Shown here: piece after piece, positions 1-9,645 of the stretch
Numbering within the stretch: position 1 is the stretch's first letter
Layout: each line of letters opens with the position of its first letter
Source: an uncultured Pseudomonadota bacterium
Lineage (GTDB): Bacteria; Chloroflexota; UBA5177; JAJPKF01
Assembly: GCA_963836045.1 (NCBI GenBank)
Contig: CAWIIC010000004.1
Span: 313,726-377,725 of the forward strand
Reading direction: 5' to 3'
Length of the DNA: 64,000 nucleotides
Translations under genes and position numbers: made by a program
Notes under the pieces: generated by a model
What the model saw: the letters and a program-made list of their open reading frames with translations, nothing else
The model's database searches: none
Told to the model about the DNA's origin: nothing

Positions 1-1120
1 GGCCAGCTGTCCCGCTTGCCGTACTCTGCCGTAGCAGCCTCCCACGCGTGACGGTCCTCCGGGTTGTCGAGCATCAACAAAAGGCAATTACATAGTGACT
101 CGGCGCTCCGGAACTCGCTGAGTAAGCCCCGGCCTTCGGCCAGCGCCTCAGTCGCATGCGGATAAGGTGTCGAGATTATGGCGCGCCCCGTGCCCACGGC
201 AAATGCAAGTGTGCCGCTGGTGATCTGATTGCGGTCAAGATAGGGCGTCATATACACATCGGTGGCTTGAAGGTAGTCGACCACCTCGCGATCCGAAAGA
301 TATTGGTTGACAAACCTGACGTTCCGCGCAACCCCAAGCTCCCGCGCCAGCGCCGTCAGCTCGTTTCGATACTGCTCTCCCGCCCGTTTGCGCAGCTCCG
401 GATGCGTCTCGCCGACTACAAGGTACAGCGCCTCCGGATGGTGCTCGACGACCTCAGGTAGTGCTTGGATGGCGTATTCGATACCCTTGCGCGGGTCGAG
501 TAACCCCATGGTGGTAATCAGCGTCCTGCCCTCGAGCCCCAACCGTTTCTTGAAGTATCGTCGCGGACGGTGCTCCACCACGGGCACACCATGCGGTATG
601 CGCACGAGCTTGTCGGGCGAAACCCCGTAATCGTCCATCAAAATCATGGCCCCGGTACGAACCATGACCACGGTTGCCGCCGACCCCTCGACGATTCCAT
701 GCATGATTTGACGTTCGTAGTCTGTTGGAACTGGACGGATGGTGTGGAGGGTTGAAACCACTGGAATCCCCTCCTTCTGTGCTGCTTCCAAAAAGGCTCC
801 GGTATGGTCGACCTCAGGTCCGGCATCCCCCCACTCGCCCCAGATGCCGTATTCATGCTGCACGCAGAGTACGTCTGCCCGCGCTTTCTTTGCTACTTTG
901 ACGGCATTCGAGTAAGCTTCCGGCTCGTCCTGCTCGATACGTGCCATGACCCGTGCTCCGTACGAGTAGCTTTCATCTGGAGGTTCGATAGCCACGACTT
1001 GCACGCTGATATTCCTGTCTGGAACCAGCGCTCGGCTGAGGTCGGCCGCGAACGTTGCCAGCCCGCATTGTCTCGGAGGGTAGCTGCTCACCATGACAAC
1101 ACGAAGGTGACCTAGGGCCA
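1..1120 (-). CDS. glycosyltransferase family 4 (GT1/GT4 fold), partial: C-terminus runs off the window start
   Basis: The reverse-strand translation from the ATG at 1120 reads MALGHLRVVMVSSYPPRQCGLATFAADL...GETHPELRKRAG...VYMTPYLDRNQITSGTLAFAVGTGRAIISTPYPHATE, a typical retaining GT-B glycosyltransferase. It is absent from the ORF track because its stop lies outside the window. Confidence 0.7.
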
Positions 1121-1184
1121 TTCGCCGTGCCCCAGGGTGCTGCTTGACATATTTCAATATAAGGCACAGGACGTGCCGCGAACC

Positions 1185-1345
1185 GCAGACCGACAGTCGT
1201 CTACCGTAACCGTCTACCGAAAGGGTCTATCGAAACCGTCTACGGAAAGGGTCTATCGTAAACTGTTAACTGCTTACCGTAAACTGTCTACCGTCTACCG
1301 TAAACCGTCTACCGTCTACTGTTTACCGTTTACGTATACGGCCTT
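1185..1345 (+). repeat. tandem heptanucleotide repeat array (TACCGTC/AACCGTC/AACTGTT heptads, about 20 units)
   Basis: Direct reading shows cgtctac|cgtaacc|gtctacc|... with strict 7-nt periodicity. The 170-aa + ORF at 1137..1649 is a translation artefact of this repeat. Confidence 0.8.
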
Positions 1346-1349
1346 CGGC

Positions 1350-1586
1350 CTACTGCCGCCGCGTCCCCTCAGACTCCTCGCGAGCCAGCAGCTCCTGGTA
1401 CTCTCGGGCGCGCGCCCTGAGATACGCCAAACTGTGCCGTTGACAGTAATAACCGCCATCCCACAGCTCATGGTCGTCGCCGTTGTATATGTCGCCCTTG
1501 CACACGACACACCGCGCCACGATCTTTGCTCCGTCTCTCCTGAGCATCTTCCCCCTGCCGCCCCGTTTTGGAATTCTACTCGCCAC
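1350..1586 (-). CDS. small zinc-ribbon protein (hypothetical)
   Basis: 78-aa ORF with a C-x2-C ... C-x2-H arrangement (CVVCKGD...YYCQRH). It sits between two heptad-repeat arrays. Confidence 0.35.
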   Translation of the reverse strand: MASRIPKRGGRGKMLRRDGAKIVARCVVCKGDIYNGDDHELWDGGYYCQRHSLAYLRARAREYQELLAREESEGTRRQ

Positions 1587-1597
1587 GCGTACTCGGT

Positions 1598-1690
1598 TGC
1601 CACCGACCCGACGACAACTGTAAACCGACTACCGTCAACCCTGAACTGACTAGCCGTTTTTACCGTCTACGGCCCACCGTCCCTTTAGAG
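1598..1690 (+). repeat. heptanucleotide repeat block (aactgta|aaccgac|taccgtc|aaccctg|aactgac...)
   Basis: 7-nt periodic units that bridge the TACCGTC and AACTGAC heptad variants. Confidence 0.6.
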
Positions 1691-1703
1691 CCAACACCCT
1701 GCA

Positions 1704-3173
1704 TCAGGCCGCTACCTTCGTACGAAGCAAGTTGTGGGCCTTGCTCAAGTAACCCGCAAAGCGGACCGGGCGGCCGAGCGCGACCTCGATGTCTGCCGGC
1801 GTCATGTTGTCAAGTAACTTTGTCCCCGTCTTGTCCAACATCACCTCGGGAAGCAGGATCAGGCTTCCACGAAGCCGGCCCTGGTTCTCGACGACGTCCC
1901 GTCCCGTCAGCAGGCCCGAGACCTTGACCCGCGGTCCAAAGAACGTATTACGAATCGGAACCACCTCGGCATCGACCCCCACCAAAGCCGCCCACTCCGC
2001 GACCAGCGGCTCGACGATCGGCGCCGCCAGCTCCCCACATACCACCGAAACCGACCGGTGTTCCATGCGCTCAACGGACTTCTCCAGCCGTCGCCTGGTT
2101 CGGGCCCAGTCGTCAATGAAATCTCGCACCATGCCGATGCCATTCTCGTACTGCGGATACCCATCGTAAGCTCGGGCCGCCGGAACCCGTGCGCCCGCCA
2201 GCAGGTAGAACTCGTCTGAAGCGTAGACCAATGTCTTGCCGTGCCGGCGACGGTTTGCCTGTTGCAGCGGTTGGACTTGCTCCAGGAGAGCCCTGGCCTC
2301 ACGCGGCTCGAATTGTCGCAGCCCGAGATTCGCGGCGCTCGGTAGTATTCTGCTGCACGATGGCTCCGGATCGGACAGAATTTCCTCGGGTGTTCGCGTC
2401 AGCCCGACGGGCACCACCCCGATCGACAGCACGTCCGGATAACGCTCGTTGAGGTCGTGCAGCGTGGCGTCAAGGGCGGCGCCATCGTTGATCCCGGGGC
2501 ACACGACCACTTGGCTGTGTATCTTGATGCCGATGTCGCGGAGCCGATCTAGCTGTCGCCGTATATCGGGAATGCGTTCGTTGCCCAAGAGCAAACGCCG
2601 GAGCTTCGGATCTGTCGCATGTATGGACACGTAGAGCGGGCTTAGCTTCTGCTCCTCCAGCCGCTGCCAGTCCTTCTCGTTGAGGTTCGTCAGCGTGACG
2701 AAGTTTCCGAACAGAAACGAGTAACGATAATCGTCGTCCCGAATATAGAGACTGCTTCGCATCTCGTGCGGCAGCTGGTCGATGAAACAGAATGGACAGT
2801 GATTGTTGCACTCTCTGATCGGTGCGAAAGTCGGCTGAGTAAAGGTAATTCCCAGAGATTCGCCCTCGTCCTTGACCACGTAGAGTGTCTCCGGCGTGTC
2901 CGGCGAGGAATGTCGCGCCGCCTCTAGAATGACAACTGCGTCGGCGGCATGGAATTGGTAGTCGATGACGTCCCGCAGTCGATGTCGATTGACGGTGAAA
3001 ATAACGTCCCCGGGAGCGATGCCCGCTGCGGCTGCAGGACTGCCCGGCGCCACCGACTCCACCACGCCACCGCGCCTCCCTCGAGACGTGGTCTGGCGGG
3101 CATGGGTTCCTGCGAGCTCGATGCCCTCGACGAGGTCACCGGGCGCACCTATCGGGCGAAGGCGGCTGGTCAT
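1704..3173 (-). CDS. radical SAM protein with N-terminal PDZ domain (DUF512/TIGR03279-like)
   Basis: 489 aa. The N-terminus looks like a PDZ domain (VVESVAPGSPAAAAGIAPGDVIFTVN). A CNNHCPFC (C-x3-C-x2-C) radical-SAM cluster motif follows. Confidence 0.8.
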   Translation of the reverse strand: MTSRLRPIGAPGDLVEGIELAGTHARQTTSRGRRGGVVESVAPGSPAAAAGIAPGDVIFTVNRHRLRDVIDYQFHAADAVVILEAARHSSPDTPETLYVVKDEGESLGITFTQPTFAPIRECNNHCPFCFIDQLPHEMRSSLYIRDDDYRYSFLFGNFVTLTNLNEKDWQRLEEQKLSPLYVSIHATDPKLRRLLLGNERIPDIRRQLDRLRDIGIKIHSQVVVCPGINDGAALDATLHDLNERYPDVLSIGVVPVGLTRTPEEILSDPEPSCSRILPSAANLGLRQFEPREARALLEQVQPLQQANRRRHGKTLVYASDEFYLLAGARVPAARAYDGYPQYENGIGMVRDFIDDWARTRRRLEKSVERMEHRSVSVVCGELAAPIVEPLVAEWAALVGVDAEVVPIRNTFFGPRVKVSGLLTGRDVVENQGRLRGSLILLPEVMLDKTGTKLLDNMTPADIEVALGRPVRFAGYLSKAHNLLRTKVAA

Positions 3174-3385
3174 GTTCGTGTGCCTCTTTCAGGCACGTCG
3201 CCGGCCTGAGGAAACTGATGTGGCCGTACAAGCGGGCGTCCGGACCTGAAAAGTTCCGGTGCCGTCCTAAAGCCGTCCTGTCATTATCGCAGGCCACGGA
3301 CGCAAGAACGGGAAGCGTCTCCGCTTCCCGCTCCAAAGTTCGCCAGCTAAGTTCGCCGGCTAGCCTCGTCAGCTACGTATGGCGA

Positions 3386-3802
3386 CTACTTCTTGACGTG
3401 ATACACGGCGTCGACCGTAGCGTGGTGTCCCATGATCTCAAAAACGAGCTTGCTTCCCATATGCATGGGCTTGTTGCCCATGGCGCCCATGACGTTCCAG
3501 TGCCCAAACGGCCAGGTCATCTTGTCGGTCGGCGTCTCGCTTAGATGCAGCTTGACCATGTGCGGGACCATGTATGTACACGATGCCGTCTTGCAGACGC
3601 CCGCCTTGTGCATCATTCCGTGGGCCATGTACTTGACGCTGACCATGCCCCATACGGTGCCGCTGGTGGTCGTGATGTTCACCGTCACCTTGTCCATCCC
3701 CATCGCCTTGTGTGCCGGAGCGGCCAAGCTGCTGCCGGCAGTAGCCAGGCCGATCGCGCCAATCGCCAGGAGCGCGAGAGCTGAGTTTCGGAGTTTCCGC
3801 AT
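3386..3802 (-). CDS. secreted Met/His-rich protein, possible Cu(I)-binding periplasmic protein
   Basis: Start taken at the internal MRKLRNSALALLAIGAIGLATAGSSLAAPA signal peptide. The mature part is dense in M and H (MGMDK, MAHGMMHKAG, MVPHMVK, MGNKPMHMG, MGHHATVDAVYHV). Confidence 0.5.
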   Translation of the reverse strand: MRKLRNSALALLAIGAIGLATAGSSLAAPAHKAMGMDKVTVNITTTSGTVWGMVSVKYMAHGMMHKAGVCKTASCTYMVPHMVKLHLSETPTDKMTWPFGHWNVMGAMGNKPMHMGSKLVFEIMGHHATVDAVYHVKK

Positions 3803-4231
3803 GAAGAATCCATTCCTTTCAGTGCACGTGTAAGTAACGGGTTCATCACCCATCCAGGATCAGTCTGACGGGTGAAGCTTACGAAACTATTACGAAGCTT
3901 GCCGGCTCGATCACCGCTTTCACACCGGATCCCTTGTATTCCGCCTATCGTAAGTTCAGGAAGTCCCAAGCACTGCCACGAGAATGGCATCGGAATCCTC
4001 CACGGCACGGCCGCCGCGACTGCTGTGGCCGTCTTCTAGCCAGTTCTCACCCACATATAAGGAAACCGATGCTGTCATGCGTCCGTCCGGCACGACAAAT
4101 GCAGACAAGAGGAAAGCTGCTCGGTCCGCGACGCTGAACCGGGCTCGAAGATTAACGCTAACTGTCGGCGGCGGCATGGAGGAGTCCGTGGCTCGGGCCA
4201 CCGCCTTTCGACAAGGGGAAAGGCAAAAGCA

Positions 4232-4495
4232 ATGAATGTTATTCGATCGGTGCCCCACATGGCTCTCCTCAGTGCGGCCGCCGTCTTTGGGTTAGGTGGC
4301 TTCCTGACCATCCTGGCCGGCCCACTCGATGGGTTTCATACCGTCATGGTTCTTGGTGTAGACATGGGACTGCTTTCTATGTTCCTGACGGCTTCGTGGC
4401 ACATGTCTAGTGATGATAGGAGCAAACCTCCCGGCCGATTGAAGCGCCTGGCCGCAGACCACCACTCTCAGGCCAGAAAACTCCTCGGCGTCTGA
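4232..4495 (+). CDS. small hypothetical membrane protein
   Basis: 87-aa ORF with two hydrophobic helices (ALLSAAAVFGLGGFLTILAG; VMVLGVDMGLLSMFL). No homology recognised. Confidence 0.25.
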   Translation: MNVIRSVPHMALLSAAAVFGLGGFLTILAGPLDGFHTVMVLGVDMGLLSMFLTASWHMSSDDRSKPPGRLKRLAADHHSQARKLLGV

Positions 4496-4892
4496 GCTGC
4501 CGTCCCGGAGACTCAAGAGACTCCGGACTCCGCTTGGAGGACACGGAATGCAGATGGCAATCATTTAACTCCGTACAAAAAGGTCGGCGCATATGGCAAA
4601 TTCACATGGAGCGACTCGTTCCAGAAACGCGCCGGGATCGCGGATCCAATCCTCTCACGCCGAGTTCGGAGGGTATGAGACCAATGTGCCTCGCGTAGAA
4701 ACCATGATTTCGGAAGGCAATGAGCTGCTCTCCAAAGCCGACGCCCTGGCGGACGGATGATGACGTAGGGGTGCTGGTCGGAGCGGGTTGCTGCATTGAG
4801 CCGGCCCTAACTCAGTTGCGATTGTGCTTTCGGGCGGACTGTCGTAGAGTATCGAGTAGGACCTTTCATCGGAGACTGCTCGCGATCAAGCG

Positions 4893-4960
4893 CTTCCGCT
4901 CTTCCGGTTTTACCGTCTAGCGTCCACCTCTATTCTTCTACCGTCTACCGTCTACCCCCT
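4893..4960 (+). repeat. TACCGTC heptad repeat block
   Basis: ttttaccgtctagcgtcc...ttctaccgtctaccgtctaccccc lies directly upstream of the RBS of the 4981 gene. Confidence 0.6.
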
Positions 4961-4980
4961 ATCAAGGAGGACAACCTGCT

Positions 4981-5715
4981 ATGTCGAGGACAAGAGCTTC
5001 CCTAGATGGCGCAATGGAAAGCAATGCGTCGCCCACGGGACGGATACCCCGATCGGGACTGCTTAAAGGCGCGATTGGTGCGCTGGCCGGAGTCCTTGGC
5101 GCCGGTCTGTTCGCCGGCGCCGGGTCACAAAATGCTGATGCCGCTGGCACTGCCGCCAGCAACTTCACCGCCTATGGCACCGACACAACCTTCACCGGCA
5201 ATCCACAGATCGGCTTTGACGCCTCAGACCAGAACGCAGGGTTCATAGAGGGCGTATATGGCACCGGTACCATTGCGGGAGTAATCGGCGTCGTCGGAAA
5301 TCCCGGTAAAGGCACACAGGCGGCAGGCGTACTCGGCCTCGCTCACAGCGGCCATCTGCCCGGAGGAATTCCGTACAAGGCTGGGACGGGCGTTTTCGCG
5401 GTCGCTGCGAAAGGAGCGATTGGAGTTGACGCGTATGGTTCTGGAGGCATCGCCGTGCACGGCACGACAAGAAGCGATTCTAGCCCCGGCATCCTTGGAC
5501 AGAACAACTCACGGGGCCCGGGCATTCGTGGAGCTAGCCAGCTCGGGCGGGGAGGCGTCTTTGAGGGCGGCCTGGCCGCCGTCCGCCTAGCGCCGTCGAC
5601 GGCTCCTACTCACCCCCGTGGTGGTCAGGTTGGCGATTTGATGGTTGACTCGGCCCACCGTCTGTGGTTCTGTAAGCGTGGGGGTAACCCCGCCCGCTGG
5701 AAGCAGTTGGCGTAA
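4981..5715 (+). CDS. secreted glycine-rich repeat protein (hypothetical)
   Basis: An AGGAGG RBS sits 8 nt upstream. The N-terminus has an RIPRSGLLKGAIGALAGVLGAGL signal or Tat-like region. The body carries long GxxG-type repeats and a conserved-looking C-terminal WFCKRGGNPARWKQLA. Confidence 0.55.
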   Translation: MSRTRASLDGAMESNASPTGRIPRSGLLKGAIGALAGVLGAGLFAGAGSQNADAAGTAASNFTAYGTDTTFTGNPQIGFDASDQNAGFIEGVYGTGTIAGVIGVVGNPGKGTQAAGVLGLAHSGHLPGGIPYKAGTGVFAVAAKGAIGVDAYGSGGIAVHGTTRSDSSPGILGQNNSRGPGIRGASQLGRGGVFEGGLAAVRLAPSTAPTHPRGGQVGDLMVDSAHRLWFCKRGGNPARWKQLA

Positions 5716-5791
5716 ATCAAAATTCTCGTCCACTAACCGGGCGTGGATGAGGTCCTTCCTTCGTCGGACGATCATACAACTGGAACGCCGG

Positions 5792-7177
5792 CTACGGCTG
5801 AACCGCAGGCGAGTACGCGTCGTGCAACAAGATGACCGGCCGCCTTCTATGCGCTACCTCCTCGATGGAAGGTACGGGTACGTAGCCTCCCGCTCGTAGC
5901 TGGGTCAGCCCTAGCTTGCGATGGCGCCATAAGTTCTGGTCGGACGGAATCGCGGTATACACCACTGCTCCGTTGTGCAGGACATTGAGGTCGGCAAATC
6001 CGTAGTTGTCGGCTGAAGTAATCAGCTGGCGGCCACCGCCGTCGGCGCGAACCCGGTAGATACGGCTGTGGTACAGCGCGGACTCGACGACTGCCCAGTA
6101 TGGAGAACTTCCTCCGAACTGCATGCGGAACCGCACCGAGCGATACGAGGAGCGCGAGACGAAGTACAGCCATTGACCGTCGCTCGACCACACGGGATCG
6201 TATCCCCAGCCAACACGAGCCAATCTCCCCGGTCTGCCTGGGCTCTCAACGTAGATGGGGCCTGAGGCGACCCGCTCCGTGCCCCAGGCGCTTTTGAAAG
6301 TCTTGGGGGCGCAGCCTGGCTTGCCATGCCCAAGCGCGACGAGACAGCTGGGAATGATGCCCGCTAGCTTTCCCGTCGGAGACAAGGCCACCTGGCTGAA
6401 TGCTGGAAATGCCAGCGAAGAGCTGCCTCCAGTCATGGTGTCGAGGCTCTGCCAGAAGTATGGCGGGCCGTCGATTGAGAAGGATGCGACTAAGATGCGA
6501 TGGGCCCTCGGCAGCCAGTAGCTCCGCCGATTGTCCTCTCGCCACGCGCGTAGCCAAATGTCTGCAGCCGGGTCCCGGGCGTCGCCGGAAAACTGTACGG
6601 TGTCGTCTGCCGGTATGAATTTTGGGTCAGTCCGAAGCTGCGTGACCTGGCCCCGTACAGTCTCTCCGAAGAAACCACCCCAGAACGAGCCGTTGTAGAG
6701 GCCCCGTCCGCTGAGCAGGATCTGCGTGGCGCCTGGGGCCCAGGTGGGATTGAAGCCTACCATTTCGCCTCCCCCTGGCGTCAGCGGTCGTATCAGCTTT
6801 CCCGATGGTCCAAGCAGCTGGATAGGGAGATACTGGCTGTCAAATCCGTTCGGGTCCAGGTTATCCAGTAGATATTTGCCGTCCGGAGACCAAGAGTAAG
6901 CACGGGGACGCTGATCGAACGACCCGCCGTTTTGGTCGACGAATCGAGGAAGCTGGTGCCAGCGCCCGCCACTAAGAGAGCGGACGTACGTCCAACCTCC
7001 ATGAAAGTCGTGCCAAGTCCAAGGAGACGTGAAGACGATCTGCGTGTCCGAGAACGGGGTGTGAGGGCTGGCTCGGCTAGTTGGCCCGAACTCCCAGGCC
7101 GTTCCGACGACGGTTGCGGAAAGCAGCAGAACGACGCCTGCGACGCGTCGAAGTCCAATCCTATCCACCCGCCTCAT
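5792..7177 (-). CDS. secreted TolB-like beta-propeller protein
   Basis: Signal peptide. WD40-like/TolB propeller repeats are present (SWSPDGKYLL, VWSSDGQWLYFVS). Confidence 0.6.
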   Translation of the reverse strand: MRRVDRIGLRRVAGVVLLLSATVVGTAWEFGPTSRASPHTPFSDTQIVFTSPWTWHDFHGGWTYVRSLSGGRWHQLPRFVDQNGGSFDQRPRAYSWSPDGKYLLDNLDPNGFDSQYLPIQLLGPSGKLIRPLTPGGGEMVGFNPTWAPGATQILLSGRGLYNGSFWGGFFGETVRGQVTQLRTDPKFIPADDTVQFSGDARDPAADIWLRAWREDNRRSYWLPRAHRILVASFSIDGPPYFWQSLDTMTGGSSSLAFPAFSQVALSPTGKLAGIIPSCLVALGHGKPGCAPKTFKSAWGTERVASGPIYVESPGRPGRLARVGWGYDPVWSSDGQWLYFVSRSSYRSVRFRMQFGGSSPYWAVVESALYHSRIYRVRADGGGRQLITSADNYGFADLNVLHNGAVVYTAIPSDQNLWRHRKLGLTQLRAGGYVPVPSIEEVAHRRRPVILLHDAYSPAVQP

Positions 7178-7439
7178 ACTCCCCCCAATGCCTGAAAAAC
7201 TCTTCCCCGCCAGGTAGCTCCTCCTCGAATGGTCCAGCTGCCGCTGCCAGTGCTATCCCCGATGCCGAACGTGATGGCCCAGCAGCATTCACCTCGACGC
7301 TGCCCTCACGCACTCTTGCGCGGAAGACGGCCCCAGCCAATCATGATAATCATCAGCCGAATACAGCTGCGTGCGTCACCGAGTCGGCAGGATTTCACCA
7401 CCGGAGTGCTATTCCTCGGACGATCCAGACTTCGTTCCG

Positions 7440-7715
7440 CCGCAAACGGCTTCATCCGCTGTCCCGAGCCCCTTTGTTCGAAAATGGCGTCGGACTCCTC
7501 CACGTTACTTTCGGCCGCGATCGCCGTGGCTCGTTCTTCCATCGCCCTTGTCCTCGCGGTCGCCTGGACTGAAAACTGAAACTTGAAGTGGCGTCGGAAG
7601 CCTAAATGGCGACGACCGCGCGAATACTGCGCTCCTGTTCGTCCAATGCCCGGGCGATGGCGGTCGCCTGGACTGACAACTGAAAACTGAAAACTGAAAA
7701 CTGAAAACTGAAAAC
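7440..7715 (+). repeat. two tandem copies of the dispersed heptad-tailed intergenic element (family 1)
   Basis: Each copy has a gttcgaaaatggcg module, a ccatcgccc..cgcggtcgcctgga core and a ctgaaaa/ctgacaa heptad tail. The 7306..7764 and 7505..7798 minus ORFs (FQFSVFSFQFSV) are repeat artefacts. Confidence 0.8.
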
Positions 7716-7848
7716 TTCCGACTGACCGGCCTCCCCTTTCCCCTGGAATACGAGTCTCCGGCATCGCAGTGAACCGTGCCTCTAATCGGTGTTGTCAATC
7801 GAGTACCTGCTTGGGTACCATGAGACGCAGAACAGGAGGGTTACGCTC

Positions 7849-9021
7849 ATGAAGCCGTCGTCTCCTCGCGCTTTCGCTCTGTTACTGATCCCGGTACTTG
7901 CTCTTGGGCTAGTCGGCATGGGCAATGGACCGTTCGCTGCTAACGCTGCCGCCTCGTCCCCGATTCGGCTCCAGCAGCTGCACATGGTCACTTCGAGGTA
8001 CGGCTGGGCCACCGCTGGTCACAGGGTGCTTCGAACCAGGGATGGTGGACGGAATTGGCATACGGTTCTCTCGATTTCTGTCGGCCCCAGGCCCCAGACA
8101 GCTCCCATTGCCTTGACCACGCTGGGCCTCTCCTCCGTGTGGCTGGCTGTGCCCGATACCGGCAAATACTGCGCTGTTTTCCGCAGCTTCGATGGCGGCT
8201 CTCGCTGGCAGCTCTTCTTCAAGACGATCGCGTCGACGGCGTGTGGAATGGGAGTCGTCTCTTCCTTCCAGTTCGTTACTCGCAGCCGCGGCTGGCTGAT
8301 GGCCACCTGTTGCGCCGCTGCCGGCCACGTCGGCCACATCCTCTTTCGCACGGGCGACGGTGGCGCCCACTGGAAAGCAGTCGAGTCCAATCTCCCTCGT
8401 CGTGTAACTCCGGGAGCCATTCCCAACTGCGACTTCCAGGCGAATGTGACGTTCCGGAGCTATATCGACGGTTGGGCGACCGGCCAGTGCGGTCCCGCTG
8501 CTCAGGCGGAGAGTCTCTACCGAACAACTGACGGCGGTCGAACCTGGGCCCCGCGACAGTTCCCCGCTCCGCCCGGCTGGCACATCTGCAGCTCGCTGGA
8601 CTGCAATGGGTACGTCTTCACCTACCCGCCCACGTTCTCCGGTAACTTCGGCTCTCTCCCCGTGAGCCTCGCACCCAAGCCCGCCCTCGTCCTCTATTCC
8701 ACCACGAACGGCGGCGCTACATGGCGTCCAGGAACGCCGCTGCGCGTGCACACCAGCTCTCCCCTCACTGGTCCCATGCCCGTCCTGGCATCACTTAACA
8801 GCAGCACCGTCTGGGCGCTGATGAATTCCCGGCTGTACATGACGTCGGACACCGGCCGCCACTGGCAGGTGGTGAAGAATCACCCCGGACTCGGCGCCAA
8901 TCCGGTAATTCAGTTCGTAACGTCAAGCTGTAGGCTTTGCTCTCTCTCCCGGCAAAAACTTCATCCGCGAAACCTCCGACGGCGGTCACAACTGGCACAA
9001 GGTGTTCACTCGATTCTCTGA
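7849..9021 (+). CDS. secreted BNR/Asp-box repeat protein (Ycf48/sialidase-like); probable frameshift near the 3' end
   Basis: An AGGAGG RBS precedes the MKPSSPRAFALLLIPVLALGLVG signal. Six S/T-x-D-G-G-x-x-W BNR motifs are present. A seventh BNR (ETSDGGHNWHKV) is encoded in the +1 frame at about 8940..9025. Confidence 0.65.
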   Translation: MKPSSPRAFALLLIPVLALGLVGMGNGPFAANAAASSPIRLQQLHMVTSRYGWATAGHRVLRTRDGGRNWHTVLSISVGPRPQTAPIALTTLGLSSVWLAVPDTGKYCAVFRSFDGGSRWQLFFKTIASTACGMGVVSSFQFVTRSRGWLMATCCAAAGHVGHILFRTGDGGAHWKAVESNLPRRVTPGAIPNCDFQANVTFRSYIDGWATGQCGPAAQAESLYRTTDGGRTWAPRQFPAPPGWHICSSLDCNGYVFTYPPTFSGNFGSLPVSLAPKPALVLYSTTNGGATWRPGTPLRVHTSSPLTGPMPVLASLNSSTVWALMNSRLYMTSDTGRHWQVVKNHPGLGANPVIQFVTSSCRLCSLSRQKLHPRNLRRRSQLAQGVHSIL

Positions 9022-9155
9022 CTGACAGCCCCTGTGGACACCGCCCCCCCCCACATGGAGCCCTAGAAGCCCAACTTACTGCCGGAGGGTCACAGCAACC
9101 TGCCGACTCCGAGTCAACCAAAGTGGTGCCTGTGTTCCCAGGCATCTTCTATGAC

Positions 9156-9605
9156 CTATACGTAAAGTCGAATAATCCGTTCCGCTACGCAAACCGGTTT
9201 GGACTGCCCGTCCCGCTCCACCGTCGAGGCGATGACCAGCTGCACTCCCCCCTCCAATTCGGTAACTTCACTGACGGCAAACCTCGCGCGCACCCGGCTC
9301 CCCACGGGAACCGGGGCCGGGAATCGCACTCGATTCAGACCGTAGTTTATGCTCGTGGCGAACCCTTCCAGAGTGATCGCTTGCTCCCAAAAATACGGCA
9401 GCAAAGACAGCGTGAGGAATCCGTGGGCAATGGTGCTGCCGAACGGTCCACCCTGAGCCCGCTTCGGATCGACGTGTATCCACTGAGGGTCGCTTGTGGC
9501 CTCGGCAAAAATGTCGATACGACTCTGATCGATCTCAAGCCACTCGGTTGGCGGGATGCTGGTATCCGCGAGTTGCTTCACCCCTTGAACACCCGTTACC
9601 TTCAT
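9156..9605 (-). CDS. MaoC-like (R)-specific enoyl-CoA hydratase / hot-dog dehydratase
   Basis: 149 aa with hot-dog fold signatures (DPQWIHVDPKRA...GSTIAHGFLT). Confidence 0.8.
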   Translation of the reverse strand: MKVTGVQGVKQLADTSIPPTEWLEIDQSRIDIFAEATSDPQWIHVDPKRAQGGPFGSTIAHGFLTLSLLPYFWEQAITLEGFATSINYGLNRVRFPAPVPVGSRVRARFAVSEVTELEGGVQLVIASTVERDGQSKPVCVAERIIRLYV

Positions 9606-9645
9606 GCCCTACGCCGAACGCGTACTCGGCATTCATCCCGATCCG

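Noticed and set aside
7306-7798. Long minus-strand ORFs rich in FQFSVFSFQFSV (also 41370..41567, 44662..44943, 47758..47991, 52595..53211, 36195..36611, 1137..1649)
   Set aside because: They are translations of the heptanucleotide repeats (CTGAAAA reads as FQFSV on the reverse strand). They have no start context and are low-complexity. They are treated as repeat artefacts. A very short conserved peptide cannot be formally excluded.
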